Virus record (IMG/VR): IMGVR_UViG_3300009163_000019
Origin: a virus
Direction: 5' to 3' (one strand)
Length of the DNA: 64,000 nt
Positions 39,351 to 49,213 of this stretch are shown here, piece by piece. Made by a program: the position numbers and the translations under genes. The notes beneath the pieces are model-generated. The model did not search any database, was not told where the DNA came from, and worked only from the letters and a program-made list of their open reading frames with translations. Within the stretch, counting starts at the first letter, position 1. Each line of letters opens with the position of its first letter.

Positions 39351-40016
39351 ATGAACAAAGTATCTTTTATTAAAGCGCTTCTTGAAATGGATGAAGAGCT
39401 TACAGGTGGACAAAAAAAACTTGATGTAGCTGAACCTAAAGGTAAACTTACAGCCGCTGATTTTGCGGCTCTTCGTGATAAAAAAAGCATGGAAGAAGAA
39501 GAAGGTCAAGACCATGAAGTTTCTATGGCACAAAATAGTTTAAAATCTATTATTAGTGCTGCTAGTCAATTAATGAATTCTATAGGTCAAGATGAGAAAG
39601 ATATTCCTGCTTGGATTCAAGATCATATTACCAATGCAGAAAACTATATTAATCAGGCTTCTAAAAACTATCATGAGTATAATGAAGGAGCAACTAGTGA
39701 GTATGATATGGATGAGCTTCCAGATGGTACAGAAGAAAAATTAGCCGGAGACCAAGAAGATAGAGAAGAGATGTTTCTTAAAAATATGATGGAAGATCTT
39801 TTTGAAGCTAAAAAGAAAAAACCTTCTGCTGGACTTACTAAAGCACAAAAATCTACTATAGCTAAGAAAGCTAAAGCCGGTAAAGATATGGGGAAAAAAG
39901 GAAAGGGATTCGAAAAATTAGCCGCTACAGCAGCTAAAGAATATGGATCAAAAGAAAAAGGTCAAAAAGTAGCTGCGGCTGCAATGTGGAAAAATGCTGC
40001 AAAAAAAGCTAAATAA
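39351..40016 (+). CDS. Modular probable head-internal protein
   Basis: GQKKLD...DF..LR; HEVSMA...PAWIQDHIT.A; basic C-terminus after LFEA. Confidence 0.65.
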   Translation: MNKVSFIKALLEMDEELTGGQKKLDVAEPKGKLTAADFAALRDKKSMEEEEGQDHEVSMAQNSLKSIISAASQLMNSIGQDEKDIPAWIQDHITNAENYINQASKNYHEYNEGATSEYDMDELPDGTEEKLAGDQEDREEMFLKNMMEDLFEAKKKKPSAGLTKAQKSTIAKKAKAGKDMGKKGKGFEKLAATAAKEYGSKEKGQKVAAAAMWKNAAKKAK

Positions 40017-40018
40017 TT

Positions 40019-41629
40019 ATGCAAGTGAGCAATAATGATATATTAAAGGCTATACTCTTACAAGAGTTAGACAGGATGGAACCTGAGACATCTACTTTTG
40101 AGGATGATCCTATGCAATTTATATTAAGTAAGTATCAAGGTCTTAAAAGTACTTTAGAATACTTAATGACTCCTTCATTTGAAGAGTATATTACTGGTAT
40201 ATATGTTGTAGCACCTAAACCAACTACATTTAAAATAGTTTTACATAATGGGCAATATTTCTTTTTACAGTTTATGGGCAAAGCTTATGAAGCAACTGTA
40301 CAAGGAAAAAAATATTATCTAATGACTATTGGTGAGAAAGAAAGAGCAATGGTTGCTATTTCTAGATTGTTAAGATATGGAAATCCTTTAAAAACAAAAG
40401 GACCAGAGGGAGCTGAACAAGGTACAAGAGATTCAGAAGGACCTGCTGAAGAAGCAGGACCAACTCCACCAGCAGAGACTAGTGATACAACTGCAGGTGA
40501 AGAACAATTAACAGAGTCTAAAATATTAGAAGGGATTTTAAGAAAGGATTTATTTGAAGCTCCTTTATCAACATCAAAAGTAAATAAAGAAATAGTAGAT
40601 GCGCTAGTTTCTATGTATCCTGATAAATTCGAAGCTCAGAGTGATTTAGGAAGGATAGCTAATAAAACTAAAATGGATGCTAAAGAATTTGAATCTATCT
40701 TGAAGAAAGATTTAAAAGCAAAAAACATAAAAGTTATCCCTCCAAAAACTCTTCCAAATCTGAGTTCAAAATTTAATATGTTTCAATTTGATACTAAATC
40801 TGGAAAAGGATCTTTAACCTTAAGTGGCGGAGCCGGTGCAAATAAAGGAATGGCATTTGAAAATTCACTATCAGGAGATTTAAAAAGATATCAAGAAGAA
40901 GGGATTACTAATAAAAATAAAGTTGAGTATACTAATCTATCATTAGTTGAAGAGATAACATCAGAGCTCTCATTACAACCAGGAAATTTTGAGATAGAAG
41001 AAACAGGAAGGCTAAATAAGAAAAGACCTTTAAAAGTAACAGAAGCCGGCCCTGAAGTAACACAAGCAGAAAGCGTGGGTGCAACAGTTGCAGATATTAT
41101 TATACGCACAAAAAAACAAACATATTATCTATCTCTTAAATTTGGCGGTACATTAACATTTTTTAATTCAGGAATAACAAAAATATTTACTGAAAAAGAA
41201 ATAAAATCAGGAGAAATTACAGATAGAGAAGGCATAATATTATTAAATACATTAGGAATTGATAATAAGAGTTTTTGCGCGGTATTTAATTCATATGCAA
41301 AAGGAAAACCGGGTAAGTTTATCCCTAAATATCCACCAGCTGATAAAGCAAAACTCCAGCACTTAGTAAGTTCAGGTATAGGAGACGGATATTATTATGT
41401 TCAAAGTGGTAAAGGAGACAATTTATTTTTTAAAATAGACGAAGAATATAATCAAGCAGCTTCTGAAATAACTTCTGAGCCTAAAGTATATTATGGTGGA
41501 ATTAAAGGAGGCGGTAAAAGAGTGGATGTAGTTTTTGAAACACCAAAATATACATTTAAAGTAAACATTAGACCTAAGGATGTAGGAGTATACCCTACTC
41601 ACATTATGTGTGACTATGTAGCAAAATAA
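40019..41629 (+). CDS. N-terminal conserved-looking domain + C-terminal restriction-endonuclease-like (PD-(D/E)XK) domain
   Basis: GMAFE...VADIIIRTKKQTYYLSLKFG; an acidic linker with LTES/LFEA separates the domains. Confidence 0.55.
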   Translation: MQVSNNDILKAILLQELDRMEPETSTFEDDPMQFILSKYQGLKSTLEYLMTPSFEEYITGIYVVAPKPTTFKIVLHNGQYFFLQFMGKAYEATVQGKKYYLMTIGEKERAMVAISRLLRYGNPLKTKGPEGAEQGTRDSEGPAEEAGPTPPAETSDTTAGEEQLTESKILEGILRKDLFEAPLSTSKVNKEIVDALVSMYPDKFEAQSDLGRIANKTKMDAKEFESILKKDLKAKNIKVIPPKTLPNLSSKFNMFQFDTKSGKGSLTLSGGAGANKGMAFENSLSGDLKRYQEEGITNKNKVEYTNLSLVEEITSELSLQPGNFEIEETGRLNKKRPLKVTEAGPEVTQAESVGATVADIIIRTKKQTYYLSLKFGGTLTFFNSGITKIFTEKEIKSGEITDREGIILLNTLGIDNKSFCAVFNSYAKGKPGKFIPKYPPADKAKLQHLVSSGIGDGYYYVQSGKGDNLFFKIDEEYNQAASEITSEPKVYYGGIKGGGKRVDVVFETPKYTFKVNIRPKDVGVYPTHIMCDYVAK

Positions 41630-41660
41630 ATTTTTTTATATCAATTTTTTGTTGTATATT
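41625..41660 (+). promoter_or_regulatory. Class-E promoter-like element
   Basis: AATAAATTTTTTTATATCAATTTTTTGTTGTATATT. Confidence 0.65.
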
Positions 41661-41679
41661 GTAAGAGTAAATTAAGTTT

Positions 41680-41925
41680 ATGGCTAAGAAAGAAACAGGT
41701 TTTAGAAAAATAAAGACTATAGAGGGCATTACTATGCACCTTTATGAGGATAAAAATGGCTTGTATAAACCTCATTGCACAACAGGACCAGCAATAATTT
41801 ATCCAGAATCAGATAAAAGAACTTCAGAATACTATTTTTACGGTGTTAAATATGACCACAATAAGTGGTATGAATTAACTAAATCATTTAGAAAACCAGA
41901 ACCTAAAGAAGATTTAGATGATTGA
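41680..41925 (+). CDS. Hypothetical protein with an H...GPA.I motif
   Basis: KPHCTTGPAIIYP...EYYFYG. Confidence 0.7.
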   Translation: MAKKETGFRKIKTIEGITMHLYEDKNGLYKPHCTTGPAIIYPESDKRTSEYYFYGVKYDHNKWYELTKSFRKPEPKEDLDD

Positions 41926-41950
41926 TAAATATTTATAAGTAAAAGAGACA

Positions 41951-42316
41951 ATGCAACCGTTTAACATCCAGAAGTATTTAACTGAAAATAATCTCACTAT
42001 TATTTCTAAAATAAGAGAGGGGGCAGAAGAAGATCTAGAAGATCAAGAGCCTACTAAAGCAGATCTTAAATCAACAGAAAAAGATTTTAGAAATCTAGAC
42101 AAAAAGAAAAAAGAATATGCTGATCTTCAAGCAAAAGTAAAAGCTATTATATCTAAGTATACGGTAAAATCTTCTGATGGAACTTTAAAACTTAAAGATG
42201 TAGCAGGATATAAGATTGCTGTTGGTAATATGCCAGATAGATTAAAACTTCTTAAACAACAGATAGACTCTGTAGAACAACCTAAAATAGATAATAATGA
42301 AAAAGACAGTGATTAG
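41951..42316 (+). CDS. Hypothetical protein with an FNIQKYLTEN leader
   Basis: Late motif at 41929; LTE/IRE sites. Confidence 0.7.
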   Translation: MQPFNIQKYLTENNLTIISKIREGAEEDLEDQEPTKADLKSTEKDFRNLDKKKKEYADLQAKVKAIISKYTVKSSDGTLKLKDVAGYKIAVGNMPDRLKLLKQQIDSVEQPKIDNNEKDSD

Positions 42317-42989
42317 TGCCTCTTTAGTTCTTGTAGCTTTATTAGCTATATGGTATGTATTTGTTATTAGCCCAAGTAGATTTGATACTAAGCCATATGA
42401 AGCAAAGATAGATTCACTTCAGCATGATATTGATTCTATTCATATTGTAAATGATACATTAGAAGTTGGAATTACGGCTTTACAAGAAGAAAATATTATT
42501 CTAGTTGAAAAAACAGGAGAACTTAAAGGAAAGGTATCAAATTTAAAATCTAGCTTAAAACAAGCCGAACTTTCTCATTTGTATACTCCTAGTCAAGTAG
42601 ACAGTTTTTTTGTAAACAGATATCCTGAAAAATATGCTGAAAAATCTAATGATACTACTCAGCTACCTATTCAAGTAAGTAAAGCGGTAGTAGTTGATTT
42701 ACAACAGGCAGATATTAATAAAGATATTATAATTGCTCAAGATAATGTTATAGTTAATCAAGATCAAACAATACAAAATACTAATCAAATAGTGGCTACT
42801 TTAAGAGATAAAGAGGTTAATTATCAGTCTATAATCCAAAAACAAGTTGAACAAGGTGATAACTACAAAACTCAAATTGGTGGATTAAAAGAAGACATTA
42901 AAAAAAGTAATAGAAGATTTAAAATTGGTAAAATACAAAAATTTGTTCTAGCAGCTTTAGTAGTAAGTCTTGCTATAACGCATAAATAA
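42297..42989 (+). CDS. Membrane-anchored coiled-coil protein, spanin-like
   Basis: N-terminal TM helix, long coiled coil and a hydrophobic C-terminus. Confidence 0.55.
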   Translation: MKKTVISASLVLVALLAIWYVFVISPSRFDTKPYEAKIDSLQHDIDSIHIVNDTLEVGITALQEENIILVEKTGELKGKVSNLKSSLKQAELSHLYTPSQVDSFFVNRYPEKYAEKSNDTTQLPIQVSKAVVVDLQQADINKDIIIAQDNVIVNQDQTIQNTNQIVATLRDKEVNYQSIIQKQVEQGDNYKTQIGGLKEDIKKSNRRFKIGKIQKFVLAALVVSLAITHK

Positions 42990-44584
42990 TGGCTGATACA
43001 CAGATCAATATAAAAGAAAGAATAAAGGAAGAATTTGTAAGATGCGCAACAGATCCTGTTTACTTTATGAAGAAGTATTACATGATCCAGCATCCACAAA
43101 GAGGCCGTCAATTATTTGATCTGTATCCATTCCAAGAGAAAGTACTAAGACTATTTCAAAAGCATGACTACTCTATAATAAATAAGTCAAGACAGCTAGG
43201 TATATCAACACTAGTTTCTGCCTATTCTTTATGGATGATGCTTTTTAATAAAGATAAGAACGTACTTGTTATTGCAACTAAGCAAGAGACAGCAAAGAAC
43301 ATGGTAACTAAAGTAAGATTTGCTTATCAAAACTTACCAACCTGGTTAAAAATAACTGCAGCAGAAGATAATAGATTAAGTCTAAGACTTTCAAATGGTT
43401 CACAAATTAAAGCCGTATCTGCCGCAGGTGATGCAGGTCGTTCTGAAGCTGTATCTCTACTTGTAATAGACGAGGCCGCATTTATCGATAATATTGAAAC
43501 TATTTTTACTGCTGCTCAACAAACTTTGGCAACAGGTGGTGGTTGCGTTGCGCTATCTACTCCTAATGGTGTAGGTAACTGGTTTCATAAAACATATACT
43601 ATTGCTCAAAAACAAGAAAATAAATTTTTGCCTATATCTCTTCCTTGGTCTGTTCATCCTGAACGTAATCAAGACTGGAGAGATGATCAAGATATTACTT
43701 TAGGTAAAAGAAACGCTGCTCAAGAGTGCGATTGTGACTTTGCTTCATCCGGTAATACTGTTATAGAGCCAGATATTCTTACTTGGTATGAAGATAATAT
43801 GATTTGTGATCCAATAGAGCGTCGTGGTTTAGACAAAGCTTTATGGATATGGGAATATCCCGATCCTTTAAAATACTATGCTGTCGTGGCTGATGTGGCT
43901 CGTGGTGATGGAAATGACTATTCTGCATTCCATGTTATAGATATTGAATCTGTAACTCAAGTTGCAGAATATAAATCTCAAATTGGTACTAGAGATTATG
44001 CTAACATCCTTCTAAGTGTAGCATCAGAATATAATAATGCCCTACTAGTAGTAGAAAATGCTAATATTGGATGGGATGTTATTCAAACTATTATAGAAAG
44101 AGGATATAATAATATTCACTATAGTTATAAACAAGAACAAAATGCAGACTTTTCTAGATATGTAGATAAGTATAATAGAGCAGATGGGCTAGTTCCTGGT
44201 TTTTCTACTACAGAAAAAACAAGGCCATTAGCAGTAGAGAAAATGAGGAACTTTGTAGAAAATAGACTTGCTAATATTAAATCAATAAGATTATTAGAAG
44301 AGCTTAGGGTTTTTATTTGGAAAAATGGTAAAGCACAAGCAATGTCTAGTTATAATGATGACTTAGTTATGTGTTTTTCTATAGCTATGTATTTAAGAGA
44401 GACCTCTCTTATGTATAAAAAAACTGCTGAAAGTTTAACTTACGCTGCTTTAAATAGCTTTACAAAAACACGTGATACCAGTATTGCATATAATACTAGC
44501 GATCAATATAATCAAAATCCTTGGAGTATGAATATAAATACACCTCAAGGAGAAGAAACTCAAGATTTAACCTGGCTTATATAA
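42989..44584 (+). CDS. terL: Terminase large subunit (T4 gp17-like)
   Basis: KSRQLGIST (Walker A), LLVIDEAAF (Walker B), STPNG, QECDCDF, ADVARGDGNDYS, NDDLVM. Confidence 0.97.
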   Translation: MADTQINIKERIKEEFVRCATDPVYFMKKYYMIQHPQRGRQLFDLYPFQEKVLRLFQKHDYSIINKSRQLGISTLVSAYSLWMMLFNKDKNVLVIATKQETAKNMVTKVRFAYQNLPTWLKITAAEDNRLSLRLSNGSQIKAVSAAGDAGRSEAVSLLVIDEAAFIDNIETIFTAAQQTLATGGGCVALSTPNGVGNWFHKTYTIAQKQENKFLPISLPWSVHPERNQDWRDDQDITLGKRNAAQECDCDFASSGNTVIEPDILTWYEDNMICDPIERRGLDKALWIWEYPDPLKYYAVVADVARGDGNDYSAFHVIDIESVTQVAEYKSQIGTRDYANILLSVASEYNNALLVVENANIGWDVIQTIIERGYNNIHYSYKQEQNADFSRYVDKYNRADGLVPGFSTTEKTRPLAVEKMRNFVENRLANIKSIRLLEELRVFIWKNGKAQAMSSYNDDLVMCFSIAMYLRETSLMYKKTAESLTYAALNSFTKTRDTSIAYNTSDQYNQNPWSMNINTPQGEETQDLTWLI

Positions 44585-44590
44585 AAAATT

Positions 44591-46495
44591 ATGGCAGAAC
44601 AACCACAAAAACAGAACAATTTATTTTCCACTCTTAGACGTTTGTTTTCTACAGATGTAATTATTCGTAATGAAGGTGGAGATATGTTAAAAGTAATTGA
44701 CACAGATACTATTCAAAGGTCTGGTGTTATTCAAACTAACTCTTTAGTAGATAGATTTAATAAGGTATACACAATGTCTACGGCATACGGTGTAAATCTT
44801 AACTTAGCCCAGAATTATCAATCAGCTAGGGTTCAAATCTATGCAGATTATGATGCTATGGATACAGATGCAATATGTTGTTCTGCATTAGATATCGTAG
44901 CAGATGAGTGTACACTTAAAAATGAACAAGGTGAAGTATTACAAATTAGATCTGCTGACGAAAATATTCAGAAGTTGCTCTACAACTTATTTTATTCTGT
45001 ACTTAATATTGAATTTAATCTTTGGTCTTGGGTTCGTAATATGGCTAAGTATGGTGATTTCTACCTCAAATTAGAGATAGCAGAAAAATATGGTGTTTAT
45101 AATGTTATTCCTTTCTCTGCATATAATATTGTGCGCGAAGAAGGATTCAATCATGAAAATCCACAAGAAGTTAGATTTAAGTATGATCCAAATGCAACGC
45201 TGGCTTCATCTACAGGGTATAGCTCTGCACAAAATCGTGATTCTGGTGTTTGGTTTGATAATTATGAGATGGCGCACTTTAGATTAACAGGAGATGTTAA
45301 CTATCTTCCTTATGGTAGATCTTATCTTGAGCCAGCTCGTAAACTATTTAAACAATATACATTAATTGAAGATGCGATGCTAATCCATCGTATTACTAGG
45401 GCTCCTGAAAGGAGAATATTTTATGTTAATGTAGGAGCAATTCCCCCAGCAGAAGTAGATAACTATATCCAAAAGATGATTAATAAGATGAAAAAAACTC
45501 CTCTTATTGATCCTAATACCGGTAATTATAATCTTAAATATAATCAGCAAAACCTATTAGAAGACTTCTTTATTCCTGTTAGAGGAAATGATACATCTAC
45601 TAAAATAGATACAGCAAAAGGTTTAGAATATAATGGTATTGAAGATGTGGCTTATTTTAGAGAAAAGTTATTTGCGGCTCTTAAGATTCCTAAGGCTTTC
45701 ATGGGATATGAAAAAGATTTAACTGGTAAAGCTACACTTGCAGCTGAAGATATACGATTTGCTAGAACAATAGAAAGACTACAAAGAATTCTTATATCTG
45801 AACTAACTAAAATTGGTTTAGTACATTTGTATGCTCATGGATACACTAATGAAAGTGCTGCTAACTTTACTCTTTCACTAACTAATCCATCAATTATTTA
45901 TGATCAAGAAAGGATTGCTCTATTTAAAGAGAAAATAGATCTTGCTAAACAAGCAATGGAAGGATCTCTTTTACCAAGAGACTTTATTTATGATAAAATA
46001 TTCCACTTCTCAGAAGATCAATTTGGTGAATTAGAAGATCAAATAGTTGAAGATAAGAAAAGAGACTTTAGATATAAACAAATTGCTGAGGAAGGAAATG
46101 ATCCTTCAGAATCAGGCCAAGCATACGGAACTCCTCATCAGATAGCAAGTCTATATGGAGGAAAAGAAGATCAAGTTCTTAATGCTCCTTATGGATATGA
46201 TGAAAATAAACCAGGACGTCCTAAAAGTTTTAGTTCAATTAAAGATACAGATAAGTCTGCTTTTGGTCGTGATCCTATTGGTAGTGCTGATAGAATGGAT
46301 TCTAATGAAACAGGTGAAGATACTATGAAACCAAATTTTAAAGGCGGGTCTGCTTTAGCGCTTGAAAATACAATGACCGAATATTTAAAAAATAGGAGCA
46401 TGTTCTCTAAAATGAATAAAGTTTCAAGAAAAGTAAAACTCTTTGAAGAGTCAAATCTTTTAAGTGACGAGAATATAATCGAGGGTTTAGATTAA
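44591..46495 (+). CDS. Portal protein (T4 gp20-like)
   Basis: EDAMLIHRITRAPERRIFYVNVG, EDFFIPVR, LFAALKIPK, EDIRFAR.IERLQ. Confidence 0.96.
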   Translation: MAEQPQKQNNLFSTLRRLFSTDVIIRNEGGDMLKVIDTDTIQRSGVIQTNSLVDRFNKVYTMSTAYGVNLNLAQNYQSARVQIYADYDAMDTDAICCSALDIVADECTLKNEQGEVLQIRSADENIQKLLYNLFYSVLNIEFNLWSWVRNMAKYGDFYLKLEIAEKYGVYNVIPFSAYNIVREEGFNHENPQEVRFKYDPNATLASSTGYSSAQNRDSGVWFDNYEMAHFRLTGDVNYLPYGRSYLEPARKLFKQYTLIEDAMLIHRITRAPERRIFYVNVGAIPPAEVDNYIQKMINKMKKTPLIDPNTGNYNLKYNQQNLLEDFFIPVRGNDTSTKIDTAKGLEYNGIEDVAYFREKLFAALKIPKAFMGYEKDLTGKATLAAEDIRFARTIERLQRILISELTKIGLVHLYAHGYTNESAANFTLSLTNPSIIYDQERIALFKEKIDLAKQAMEGSLLPRDFIYDKIFHFSEDQFGELEDQIVEDKKRDFRYKQIAEEGNDPSESGQAYGTPHQIASLYGGKEDQVLNAPYGYDENKPGRPKSFSSIKDTDKSAFGRDPIGSADRMDSNETGEDTMKPNFKGGSALALENTMTEYLKNRSMFSKMNKVSRKVKLFEESNLLSDENIIEGLD

Positions 46496-46531
46496 TATAT
46501 AGATATTTATTACTAGAGTATTCAAAAAACT

Positions 46532-47383
46532 ATGGCTATAAAACATTCAAAATATCGCAATACCGGTATTTTATTCGAATTACTAGTTAGACAGACTACA
46601 TCTGATCTAATTAATAATCAAGATTCAAAGGCTGTTAAAATATTAAAAAAATATTTCACTAATACAGAATTAGGAAAGGAATATAGCCTATATGGAACAT
46701 TTTCATCCAGCCCAAAATTAACAGAAGCTAAATCAGAGATTCTTATTTCTACTATTATAGAACAATATAATAAGTTAGATCACGATAAGATAAATAAGTT
46801 AAAGTATAATTTAATTAAAGAAATTAAAGCAAATTACGATTTAGATAATTTTTTTAAAGCCAAAATAGAAAATTATAAGCCTTTTGCTTCAATTTATACT
46901 ATATTTGAATCTCAAAATAGTGAATCTGTTGATACAAAACAACTAATTCTAAATAAAATTAATCTTTTAGAACATCTATCAGTAAAATCTTTAGATGATA
47001 CTAAAGCTCCAAAGTCACTGATCCAGGAGTTTATGAAAGAAGATAAAGAAATTAGACTAATGGCTTATAAAATACTTGTAGAAAAATTCAATAACAAGTA
47101 TCAAAACATGTCTGAAAAGCAAAAAGATGTATTAAAAGAATATATTACAAACATTTCTGATACAAAAAATTTAAGAGTTTATCTAAATGGACAATTAAAG
47201 ACCATAAAATCAGAATTAGTATCACTAAAAGAATCTACACAAGATCAAGTTGTAAAAATTAAATTAGAAGAAGTACTTAAGTTTGTTACTCCTATTAAAG
47301 AGAATCAAACTATTAAAGACGAGATAATTACTGGTATTCTTCAGTATCTAGATTTAATTGATGAGCTAAAAAGATCTGCATAA
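46532..47383 (+). CDS. Head-module structural/assembly protein
   Basis: Directly after portal, with the late motif at 46503; helical. Confidence 0.65.
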   Translation: MAIKHSKYRNTGILFELLVRQTTSDLINNQDSKAVKILKKYFTNTELGKEYSLYGTFSSSPKLTEAKSEILISTIIEQYNKLDHDKINKLKYNLIKEIKANYDLDNFFKAKIENYKPFASIYTIFESQNSESVDTKQLILNKINLLEHLSVKSLDDTKAPKSLIQEFMKEDKEIRLMAYKILVEKFNNKYQNMSEKQKDVLKEYITNISDTKNLRVYLNGQLKTIKSELVSLKESTQDQVVKIKLEEVLKFVTPIKENQTIKDEIITGILQYLDLIDELKRSA

Positions 47384-48099
47384 TGAAAGAATTTAATCAA
47401 CAATTTTCAACACTACGTCTTAGAGAAGAGTTTGAAGGTCAGTATGACAAAGTATTATTTTCTACAAATGATCCTAAAGTAGACAATCTATTAAATACAG
47501 AATTTTACGATAAATTAGATAAAGATGGAGACTACTATTCTCTAGATGCCGATACATTTGGTAAATTCGAAGACAAGGCTTTTAGTATGGGACTTAATAT
47601 GACTGATATTGTAAAAAAAGAAAATGTAGATGAAGAAGGATCTGTAACTGGTGGAGGCGAAGCTTTTTTACCAGGTCTTGATGTACCTGAGAAGGTATAT
47701 AAAGCAGGATACACTAAAAAAGTAAAAGAAGCTAAAGATGTTGAGCCAAAACTAGCTGCTGGTAAAAGTAAAAATATAATGAAAGGTTGGGAAGAAGCTC
47801 CATCAATACCTAATCGCCCTTCAAAAGGAGGATTTATCTATAAGCAATTATTTGAGTATTTAAAAGAACCTTTACAAGAAGGAATTAAAACAGAAATAAC
47901 TAAGCGTAATAAATCTCAACAATTTAATGAAGCTGCTAAGTTAGCAAATAAAAAATTAAAAGAAGTAAATGCTATATTAGAATATGCTTCTAAATTAAAA
48001 TTAGAATTACATGAGACAGGAAATGCTCCGACAAACCGTCTTATGGAAAAAATAAAATTATCAGTTGTAGAAGCTTATAAAAAGATAAAAGAGCTATAA
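47383..48099 (+). CDS. Probable head-internal protein
   Basis: Multiple LRE/VKE/LFE/LQE sites; between portal and protease. Confidence 0.6.
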   Translation: MKEFNQQFSTLRLREEFEGQYDKVLFSTNDPKVDNLLNTEFYDKLDKDGDYYSLDADTFGKFEDKAFSMGLNMTDIVKKENVDEEGSVTGGGEAFLPGLDVPEKVYKAGYTKKVKEAKDVEPKLAAGKSKNIMKGWEEAPSIPNRPSKGGFIYKQLFEYLKEPLQEGIKTEITKRNKSQQFNEAAKLANKKLKEVNAILEYASKLKLELHETGNAPTNRLMEKIKLSVVEAYKKIKEL

Positions 48100-49049
48100 T
48101 GAAGAACGAAAAATACCAATTACAAAAATTAGCTGGTCTTCTTAAAGAAAATATTAATGAAGCCAGTTCCAAATCAGCAGCCGAAAAATTAGAGGCTATA
48201 CTTATCAATTTAAGTCGTAATATATCAACAGATTCTAATATACCAACAGCTTCAAAACAAGGACTATTAGGTGCTTTCAATGAAATGATGGATATAGTTA
48301 ATGATATCTTAGATGCTGAAGAAGCTGATTCATTCTATGATGATGACGACTACGGCTCAGACGACCCAGAAGACGGTCATGGCCCTATGGAAGAAGACGA
48401 AATAAGTGAAGCTTATGTACCAAGTAATATAAAAAAGTTTGCAAAAGACAAAGGTGTAACCTCTTTGGTAAATAAAGTTGCCGCATGGGCAGAAAAAGCA
48501 GGTAAAGGAATCAGAGGCGGTACAGCAGTAGGTAAAAACTATAATACACTCGTATTAGATTTAGGAAATCAAGACGGATCAATTAGTATAGATATTCCTG
48601 AAGACGATGACAAAAAGCCTATTATAAAATTATATCATAAAGTTGTATTTGATGCTAAATCATTTGCAGCCGTATTAAATGCACAATCTGATGATAAAAA
48701 TATATCAGAGTTAGATGCTAATGATCCTATTTTAATGAAAGTAAGAGCTGCAGCATATCAAAAATCTCAACCAAAATCTGAACCTGTAAAAACAATTAAT
48801 CCTGATTATAAGGCTATTAAAAATTCTGAAAAGATTAAAGTACTTTTAAGGCACAGAGCTGAATTAATGAGTGATATGGAGCAAGAAGCAGAACCAGAAG
48901 GCGGGCCAATTGCTGATAGATATGGACGTGATTTAAATAGAATTGATAAAGCCCTTGCAAAGTTAAGAGGACAAGATTCTGAAACTAATTCATATATGGA
49001 TAAAGCAGAAATAGAAAGAAGAGCCGCAACAATAATGCGACTACCATAA
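48099..49049 (+). CDS. Modular probable head-internal protein with a QKLAGL motif
   Basis: MKNEKYQLQKLAGLLKENINEA; ISEA and ISEL module boundaries. Confidence 0.65.
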   Translation: MKNEKYQLQKLAGLLKENINEASSKSAAEKLEAILINLSRNISTDSNIPTASKQGLLGAFNEMMDIVNDILDAEEADSFYDDDDYGSDDPEDGHGPMEEDEISEAYVPSNIKKFAKDKGVTSLVNKVAAWAEKAGKGIRGGTAVGKNYNTLVLDLGNQDGSISIDIPEDDDKKPIIKLYHKVVFDAKSFAAVLNAQSDDKNISELDANDPILMKVRAAAYQKSQPKSEPVKTINPDYKAIKNSEKIKVLLRHRAELMSDMEQEAEPEGGPIADRYGRDLNRIDKALAKLRGQDSETNSYMDKAEIERRAATIMRLP

Positions 49050-49075
49050 AAAATTTAAATAAAAAATAAATAGCC

Positions 49076-49201
49076 ATGGCAAAAGCTGCAAGTAGTTTAA
49101 TTAAAATTAGTTTTGGTAAAAAGAAAAAAGGAGTTGCAAAAAAATCATTTAATAAACATGATAGAAAAGAAAGAAACTATCGTGGACAAAGAAAAGCCTA
49201 A
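49076..49201 (+). CDS. 41-aa highly basic peptide (not in the ORF track)
   Basis: Manual translation MAKAASSLIKISFGKKKKGVAKKSFNKHDRKERNYRGQRKA, with an A-rich upstream region. Confidence 0.65.
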   Translation: MAKAASSLIKISFGKKKKGVAKKSFNKHDRKERNYRGQRKA

Positions 49202-49213
49202 TATTTATAGAAT

